Both the position numbers and the translations under genes were made by a program. The notes under the pieces were generated by a model, which saw only the letters and a program-made list of their open reading frames with translations, ran no database searches and was not told the DNA's origin. Source: an uncultured Acidobacteriaceae bacterium (GTDB taxonomy: Bacteria > Acidobacteriota > Terriglobia > Terriglobales > Acidobacteriaceae). Taken from it: DNA of 64,000 bases. Below, piece after piece: positions 58,249 to 64,000 of the stretch (position 1 is its first letter; every line of letters begins with the position of its first letter). The DNA is taken from contig CAWFOD010000017.1 of assembly GCA_963817305.1 (NCBI GenBank), positions 357,821-421,820 on the forward strand, in the 5' to 3' direction.

Positions 58249-60693
58249 TTAGTAACGGTCGTTGGTGTCGATGTTGAAGCCGAGGATGGCGTTGACTTCG
58301 ACGGGTTGAGAGCCGCGTGTGGCGGGGCGGAATTTCCAGCTCGGCAGGGCGGCGATGATTTTTGCGGTCATGGCGGCGGGGCCGGGTTCGAGCACTTGAA
58401 GATTTTTTATATTTCCCGAGGCGTCGAGTTTGCATTTGATGACGACGCGGGCGCGGGGAAGATTTGCGGGAAGGTCAGTGCGTAAGCCCTGGGGTCCGGT
58501 GAGTGGTCCGGCATTGGGATGGGAGCCGGGGTCGGCTTCGGCGAATTGCATGACGACGGTGCCGATGACGGTGTCGAGATACACGGTGTAGTTTTCGCCG
58601 GGAAGTTTGCCATAAAAATCGAATGCGCCGCCGGAGCGGGAAGTGGCGACGATGGTAATGGCGGGACCCTGGTCGGCTTTGACGGAAGAGCGGCCAGGGA
58701 CGGTGGGAGCGCTGCTGTTGCTGGCGTCGAAGCTGGGAAGGTTGACGATGGCGCTGCCGCCGCGGATTTCGACGCCGGGGGCGGGGGATGATCCGGTGGG
58801 CGCCGAGCCGGCTCCGCCGGGGCCAGGGGTGGGAGAGATTCCGCCGCGCGCGTTGGGATCGGAGCCATGACCAACGCCAGACTTTCCTGCGCCGGAGTTT
58901 TCTGCTGTCGTTTTATTCGATAAGCCGCTGCCGGGGCCAGAACCGTTGCCGATGCCGGAGCCACCTCCGGAGCCACCGAGGCCGGGTTGATCGCCTCCCG
59001 AGGGAGACATTGCGAGTGAGCCCTTGCCGCCAGTGCCGGGCAGGGCGCGTTCGGAACCGGGATTGGTGGAGAGAACTACTCCGGAGTTGTCTTTGTTTCC
59101 GCCGGCCGCTCGGGGCGGAGCGAGGGGTGAGCCGATATCTCCGGGCGCGCCACGACCGAGGCCGTTAGCGCCGGAGCCTGAAGGTCCGGTTCCGGCCGAG
59201 GGCGGAGGCGGGATTATGTTGCTGGCAAAAGACCCGTCATTTCCAGAGCCATTGGAATTTCGGGTTCCGTTCGGAGAGCCGCCTACGGAAGGTGGTGGGG
59301 GGACGATGGTAGAAACATTCGGCGAAGATCCGGAATATTTTCTAAATGATCCTGAGGAGTTTGAACCTGAGTTGGCGGCCGATGGTGGCGGTGGAATCAC
59401 GGAGGGTGAAGACTGAGAGCGTCCGGATGAGGAGCCGAAGTTTGAGCGCGAATTCCCGGCGGAGGGGGGAGGCGGGATGACGTTTGTGGCGAGGGTGGCG
59501 CTACCGGTATTGCGTGGTGCGGCAGCATCTACGGGAGTGACCGCTGGCGGGGGCGGGACGACATCCTGCGTGCCGAAGAGTTTTCCGATGATGCTGCTAA
59601 CGAATGATCCGTTGGCCGGTTGCGTGGGAGGTGGAGGAACAACGGCGGGTGCGGGCAGATTGAGTTGTGCCGTGCGCTGAGTTTCGCGCGCAGGCGCGGA
59701 GACGGGCGGGGGAACGACGGTGCTATTCATCTGCACGCGAGAGGGAGAAACTTCGCGCGCGATTGACGAAGGTGCGGGAGCGATGATTGACCCATTGAAA
59801 GAAGGAGCGGGACGGGACTGGTCGCGGCTGACGCGCGTGGAAGCGGGAGCGATCACGCTGGAGTTGAGGGAAGGTGCGGCTTGGGTGCGGTCGCGGGAAA
59901 TTCTTGGGGCCGGGGCGATGATGGTGGAATCCAGTTTGGGCGCGTAGAGAGTGTGCTCGGAATGAATGGTGGGCGCGGGTGCAACTACACCTGCGTTTAG
60001 AGCTGGGATGGAGCGTGAGTTTGGAGAAGAAATATCCGGAGCTGGTTGGATTATGGAATTGTTGAGCGTGAGAGCGGCGCGGGATTGATCTCGCGCGATC
60101 TGCGAAGGCGCCGGGGCGATCACATTCGACGTGAGACTAGGAGAAGTTAGGGAAGAGTGTAAGCCTTCTAGGGGAGGTGGTCCCGGGATGGATTTGACGG
60201 CGAGGAAATTGGCGACCGGGTTGGAGGAAGAAGGAAGTTTGACGCTGGGAGCGTCGACGACTTTCGGGACGAGTGAGGTTCCGCGAGCTACGTGGATGGT
60301 TTGGGTGCGGTGGTGAGCTTCCTGACCACCGGCGTGGCCGGAGGCTCCGGATTGAGCTCCGCCTAAGTCTTCGGTGCGGGGGAGTTCATTGGCAGAGTAG
60401 TAGATGACCTCCTCGCGCTGGATGCGCGGGGCGGCATAGGGACGGAGATTGGCGACTTCGCGCGGAAGAACGATGACGACGAAAATCAGGAATGCTTCCA
60501 GCAGCAGAGACGAAATCAGGCCGCGGTAGGGAAGGATACCAAAGGGAGCTTCTCCGGCGAGACGCGGAGCGGAGCGGGAGAAGGCGGGACGGATGGAGGT
60601 GGTGAACTCCTGCCAGCGCGGCGACCATTCCACCAGAAGCTTGGGAGCGTCGTGGAGGGTGGTGAGTTCTTCGGGTTGGAGAGTTTCAATCAC
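58249..60693 (-). CDS. TonB-family protein with a very long Pro/Ser/Gly-rich repetitive linker
   Basis: 814 aa. N-terminal TM (LISSLLLEAFLIFVVIVL). Repeated (V/I)IAPAP..ISRD.S..AP.LN and (I/V)PPPPS motifs. The C-terminal TonB_C-like domain shows ..VVIKCKLDASGNIKNLQVLEPGPAAMTAKIIAALPSWKFRPATRGSQPVEV.. Confidence 0.7.
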   Translation of the reverse strand: MIETLQPEELTTLHDAPKLLVEWSPRWQEFTTSIRPAFSRSAPRLAGEAPFGILPYRGLISSLLLEAFLIFVVIVLPREVANLRPYAAPRIQREEVIYYSANELPRTEDLGGAQSGASGHAGGQEAHHRTQTIHVARGTSLVPKVVDAPSVKLPSSSNPVANFLAVKSIPGPPPLEGLHSSLTSPSLTSNVIAPAPSQIARDQSRAALTLNNSIIQPAPDISSPNSRSIPALNAGVVAPAPTIHSEHTLYAPKLDSTIIAPAPRISRDRTQAAPSLNSSVIAPASTRVSRDQSRPAPSFNGSIIAPAPSSIAREVSPSRVQMNSTVVPPPVSAPARETQRTAQLNLPAPAVVPPPPTQPANGSFVSSIIGKLFGTQDVVPPPPAVTPVDAAAPRNTGSATLATNVIPPPPSAGNSRSNFGSSSGRSQSSPSVIPPPPSAANSGSNSSGSFRKYSGSSPNVSTIVPPPPSVGGSPNGTRNSNGSGNDGSFASNIIPPPPSAGTGPSGSGANGLGRGAPGDIGSPLAPPRAAGGNKDNSGVVLSTNPGSERALPGTGGKGSLAMSPSGGDQPGLGGSGGGSGIGNGSGPGSGLSNKTTAENSGAGKSGVGHGSDPNARGGISPTPGPGGAGSAPTGSSPAPGVEIRGGSAIVNLPSFDASNSSAPTVPGRSSVKADQGPAITIVATSRSGGAFDFYGKLPGENYTVYLDTVIGTVVMQFAEADPGSHPNAGPLTGPQGLRTDLPANLPRARVVIKCKLDASGNIKNLQVLEPGPAAMTAKIIAALPSWKFRPATRGSQPVEVNAILGFNIDTNDRY

Positions 60694-60710
60694 GGTTTAG
60701 TTGAACACAA

Positions 60711-60770
60711 GGGCTAAAGCCCATCTCATTTCGCGCAATTACGCGGCGCTAAAGCGCCGCTCTTCCACGG
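60711..60770. repeat. bipartite REP-like element, copy 7
   Basis: GGGCTAAAGCCC, linker, then TACGCGGCGCTAAAGCGCCGCTCTTCCACGG. A partial core (GAGCGCCGCTCTTCCACGG) lies at 60857-60875. Confidence 0.85.
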
Positions 60771-60923
60771 TACTCTTTGGGTCCGAGACGGTTCGCCAGA
60801 CCTTCGGACCGCGGCTCTTTCTGCGGTATTTTATAAGCCCTGGTTCGCAGACCTTCGAGCGCCGCTCTTCCACGGTAGTCCAATGGGCTCGGGATTGTCC
60901 GAAGGCTTTGAAGCGACATTCGC

Positions 60924-61328
60924 CTAACCCTTATCGAGCAAGTGGATTCTGATGTCCTCCTGGAGTTGGATTTCTATTTTATCGCCAAGCGCGGTTTCTG
61001 TTTGGGCGATGGTGTGGGTCGGCAGTTCCAGCACTGACGCGGCTCGCAGGTGGACGGGGGCGAAGCGCCAGGGTTGGAGATTGGCGATGACATGTACGAC
61101 AGTGTTGGCGCGATCGAGGTAAAGCACGTCGATGGGATAGCGCATGGCTAGAGTATGCACGCCACGGCAGGGGCGAATCCAGAGGCCGCAGCCATTACGG
61201 AAGTCATCCGACGAGGCTCCGAGGAGGCCGCGCAAACGGGACCAGTGAGTTTGGGCCACGGCGAGATGAGTGGCGAGAAAGCGTTGGCGAGTTTGGTTGA
61301 AGGCGTGGCCGCGTGGAGTGAATCCCAT
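60924..61328 (-). CDS. DUF192 domain-containing protein
   Basis: 134 aa (..GLWIRPCRGVHTLAMRYPIDVLYLD..VLELP..). Confidence 0.7.
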   Translation of the reverse strand: MGFTPRGHAFNQTRQRFLATHLAVAQTHWSRLRGLLGASSDDFRNGCGLWIRPCRGVHTLAMRYPIDVLYLDRANTVVHVIANLQPWRFAPVHLRAASVLELPTHTIAQTETALGDKIEIQLQEDIRIHLLDKG

Positions 61329-61354
61329 AGGCTGGAAAATGTGCGCGAGTTTCA

Positions 61355-61440
61355 GGCGTCCCTCCGGGACGCGTTCTGATCGACGGCTCTACCCGGCGCT
61401 GAACCGCCGGGCTATTGTCGGATGCCCCTCCGGGGCATTT
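61355..61440. repeat. second REP-like family (three consecutive GC hairpins)
   Basis: gcgtccctccgggacgc, cccggcgctgaaccgccggg and gatgcccctccggggcat. Translates to ..PALNRRAIVGCPSGAF.., which I recognise as a recurrent intergenic element type. Confidence 0.55.
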
Positions 61441-61552
61441 TCACGTCTGCGACGTTAAGGTTCAGCGTCTTCCCAATTCTTCTATTCGCTCATCGCCAGT
61501 CATTCCTGGCTTGTCATTCCCAGTCTGTTCTTCCGAGCCAGTCATCCCTTAA

Positions 61553-62452
61553 TTATTTGCTGACGAGGGAGTGGTAGGCCTGGATCAGTGCGGGGCCGAT
61601 GGTGACGAAGAGGAACGGAACCAGAATAAATATGACGAGTGGGGGGACCATTTTGATGGTGGTCTTGGCGGCCTGCTCTTCGGCGCGCTGGCGGCGGGCG
61701 GTGCGCAGGGAATCGGAATGAACACGGAGAGCTTGCGCGATGCTGGTGCCGAAGCGGTCGGTCTGGATGAGAGTGCCGACGAGGGAGCGGATGTCATCGA
61801 CACCGGTGCGGTCGACAAGATTGCGCAGGGCTTCGGCGCGGGGTTTGCCGGCGCGCATTTCAAGGTTGACGAGATGGAATTCGTCGCTGAGATCGGGATG
61901 AGCGTGGTGAAGATCCTTGCCGACGCGCATGAGAGCCTGATCGAGGGCGAGTCCGGCTTCGACGCAGATGACGGTGAGATCGAGAGCGTCGGGTAAAGCG
62001 ATGCGGATGCGATGCTGACGGTCTTTGATCATGCGCTTCAGGATGAAGCGCGGCAGAAAGAAACCGAAAGCCGGGACACAGACCAGGAGCGGGAAGCTGT
62101 CGAAGCCGGAGAAAAGAACGACGCCTGCGAATCCGACGAGAGCCAGCATGATACGGGCGCCGAAATAAAAGCTGACGTGACGGGATTCGCGAAGTCCGGC
62201 CTGGATGAGCCAGGCGCGGGTGCGGGAAACGTCGGAGGGAGAAAGCGGAATCGCTTTGCTGAGGGGATCGAGGGCTTGCTCGATGCGCTCCCGTACTTTG
62301 ACGGCGGGCTTTTCCTGCGCGACGGTGGCGTGGCCGCCGAGAGCGCGGAGACGGGCTCCCAGCACGGAGCTGGGGGTGACGGCGGCCGCGCCGAAGGCGA
62401 AGACCACCAGGACCACGGTAATGAAGACGATGATGGGGAGAATCATTGACAT
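61553..62452 (-). CDS. tadC: type II secretion system F family protein (TadC-like)
   Basis: 299 aa. N-terminal TM, a central T2SSF domain (LPDALDLTVICVEAGLALDQAL) and C-terminal TMs. Confidence 0.8.
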   Translation of the reverse strand: MSMILPIIVFITVVLVVFAFGAAAVTPSSVLGARLRALGGHATVAQEKPAVKVRERIEQALDPLSKAIPLSPSDVSRTRAWLIQAGLRESRHVSFYFGARIMLALVGFAGVVLFSGFDSFPLLVCVPAFGFFLPRFILKRMIKDRQHRIRIALPDALDLTVICVEAGLALDQALMRVGKDLHHAHPDLSDEFHLVNLEMRAGKPRAEALRNLVDRTGVDDIRSLVGTLIQTDRFGTSIAQALRVHSDSLRTARRQRAEEQAAKTTIKMVPPLVIFILVPFLFVTIGPALIQAYHSLVSK

Positions 62453-62634
62453 GGTTCGATTTGTGTTTAACCTTAGCGGCTAAGCCGCTCTCTAGTATGG
62501 GCGCTTTTATCGCAGCCCTTAAAGCGCTGCGCCACCCAAAATTTGCTGCTGCCCGGGTTCTGCTGCTCGGGTTCTGCTGCACCAACCAAAACCTAATGTG
62601 CTGCCACTCCGAAACGATTCGTGTGCTATTAACT

Positions 62635-63603
62635 TCATACCTGAATCTTGATAATCCTGCGGATCACGAAGTAGCCGACGGTTTGCAAAACAATGCTACC
62701 CACCAGCAGGATGTGGCCGATGGGATCGTAAAAGAGCGGATGAACGAATTCCGGGCTGAAGATATAGAGAATTGTTAACACGGTTGGGGGCATACCCATG
62801 AGCAGAGCCATGGTGAGGCGTCCCTGAGCGGTGTGAACGCGAACCTGGCGCTGAATCTTAAAACGCTCGCGGATGACGTAGGAGAGGTTGTCGAGAATTT
62901 CGGCGAGATTGCCTCCGGTTTCGCGCTGCAGCATGACGGCGGTGACGAAGAATTTCACGTCGACGAGAGGGATGCGCTCGGTGAGATTCATGAGGGCATC
63001 GCGGACGGGCATGCCGAACTTTTGTTCTTCGTAGAGTTTGCGGAATTCGGATGCGAGGGGTTCGGTGGTTTCGTTGGAGATCATTTCCAGAGCGGTGGTG
63101 AAGGCGTGTCCGGCGCGGACGGCACGAGCGAGGGTGTCGATGGCATCGGGGAAGAGCTCTTCGAATTTTTCGAAGCGTTTCTGGCGGCGATAGGAGACGA
63201 CGGAGTAGGGAAGAAATGCGCCAATGACGAGGGCGGCCCAGGCAATGGCGGCATTCCGGGTATAGAGGACGGTGACGAGTCCGGCGGCAACGCCGCAGAG
63301 AATGCAGAGCAGAAGGAAATTTCCGGCGCGGAACTTCATGCCCGCCTGCAGAAGGGCGTCTTGCATGGCGGAGACGCGGGCGGAGCGGCGGAGCAAAGTG
63401 TCGAAGGCGGGGATCTTGCTGAGTTGTTCATCGCGGAGCAGGGCGAGTTCTTCGTCGGGCTCGCGCTCCGGAGCTTTCTGGACGGTGGCCAGGCGGTCTT
63501 TGATGAGGCGGGCGCGGGCGCTGCGCTCGTCGAGCAGGGAGAAGGCGGCGAAGGCCACGAGGGCCACGACGATGAAGACGAGAACTGCGATCAGGAGTGG
63601 CAT
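62635..63603 (-). CDS. tadB: type II secretion system F family protein (TadB-like)
   Basis: ORF 62635-63696; likely start MPLLIAVLVFIVVALVAF at 63603. FPDAIDTLARAVRAGHAFTTAL T2SSF motif. Confidence 0.8.
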   Translation of the reverse strand: MPLLIAVLVFIVVALVAFAAFSLLDERSARARLIKDRLATVQKAPEREPDEELALLRDEQLSKIPAFDTLLRRSARVSAMQDALLQAGMKFRAGNFLLLCILCGVAAGLVTVLYTRNAAIAWAALVIGAFLPYSVVSYRRQKRFEKFEELFPDAIDTLARAVRAGHAFTTALEMISNETTEPLASEFRKLYEEQKFGMPVRDALMNLTERIPLVDVKFFVTAVMLQRETGGNLAEILDNLSYVIRERFKIQRQVRVHTAQGRLTMALLMGMPPTVLTILYIFSPEFVHPLFYDPIGHILLVGSIVLQTVGYFVIRRIIKIQV

Positions 63604-63787
63604 GATGCTGTAGGCCTTTGTGGAGTTCCGCAGGGCGAAGGCGATAAGGATGCGAGCCGAACGCGCGAGTATTGTGTCGCAAAAAACGCGACACATCGCG
63701 CGGCTCGCCTAGATCCTTCGCTGCGCAAAAGACGCTTGCTCAGGATGACAAGTCTATTTTTGTTCGCGATCTGCAGATTTGTCTCCC

Positions 63788-64000
63788 TCAGACTTCGGTT
63801 TTTGATTCGAATAGTGCGGGACGCAGGCGGCCGCCGCCGGTGGCAAGGCGATCGGCAAACTGGGGGCGCACTCCGGTGGCTTTGAAGCATCCGCGAATTT
63901 TTCCATTTTCATCCACGGAACGGCGTTCGAAGGTGAAAATTTCCTGCATGGCGATGAGATCGTTCTCCGTGCCGGTGACTTCGGAGATGGAGATGACTTT
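63788..64000 (-). CDS. cpaF: CpaF/TadA family pilus assembly ATPase, C-terminal fragment (gene runs off right edge)
   Basis: Not in the ORF track. The minus frame reads ..KVISISEVTGTENDLIAMQEIFTFERRSVDENGKIRGCFKATGVRPQFADRL..*, with TGA at 63788-63790. This is a typical CpaF C-terminus. Confidence 0.8.
   Translation of the reverse strand, partial: KVISISEVTGTENDLIAMQEIFTFERRSVDENGKIRGCFKATGVRPQFADRLATGGGRLRPALFESKTEV

Overview
High-GC bacterial chromosomal segment, most consistent by inference with Acidobacteriota: GloVer-repeat and DUF11-repeat surface proteins, a Tad/Flp pilus, and REP-like elements that translate to ..AALKRRSSTV... Core content: (i) a 12-gene nuo (complex I) operon on the minus strand (20.7-34.2 kb) that is colinear nuoA-N but has no nuoB and no nuoI; (ii) housekeeping genes (tRNA-Lys, ROK glucokinase, DAHP synthase, ribBA, thiS, OmpA-family, TonB-like, Cof-type HAD, lytic transglycosylase); (iii) Tad pilus genes (tadB, tadC, cpaF fragment) at the right edge and an unannotated flp pilin at 20.5 kb. 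Most interesting content: (a) a co-directional operon at 6.5-19.2 kb encoding PqqD, a radical SAM/SPASM enzyme, an unannotated 55-aa Cys-rich peptide, an HPr-kinase-like protein and a ~3,250-aa surface protein that starts with an S24/S26-type peptidase domain. This looks like a RiPP-type pathway whose gene combination I cannot assign to a named class. (b) A lower-GC accessory stretch (about 43.9-55.1 kb). It holds a 3 x ~272-bp tandem repeat array. It also holds a 3,066-bp IS1-like element with perfect 22-bp inverted repeats and an 8-bp target duplication, carrying a Panacea (PanA)-type antitoxin with a small membrane protein. Further along are a Tes-like radical SAM gene, a translationally coupled SF1 helicase plus 215-aa partner (defence-like), and a PD-(D/E)XK endonuclease with an acidic pentapeptide repeat. 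(c) At least 7 full copies of a bipartite REP-like element. At least 10 conserved genes are interrupted by single-nucleotide frameshifts, so the sequence either carries indel errors or the genes are decaying; every frameshifted call below carries that caveat. All product calls come from reading the translations by eye; no database search was run.
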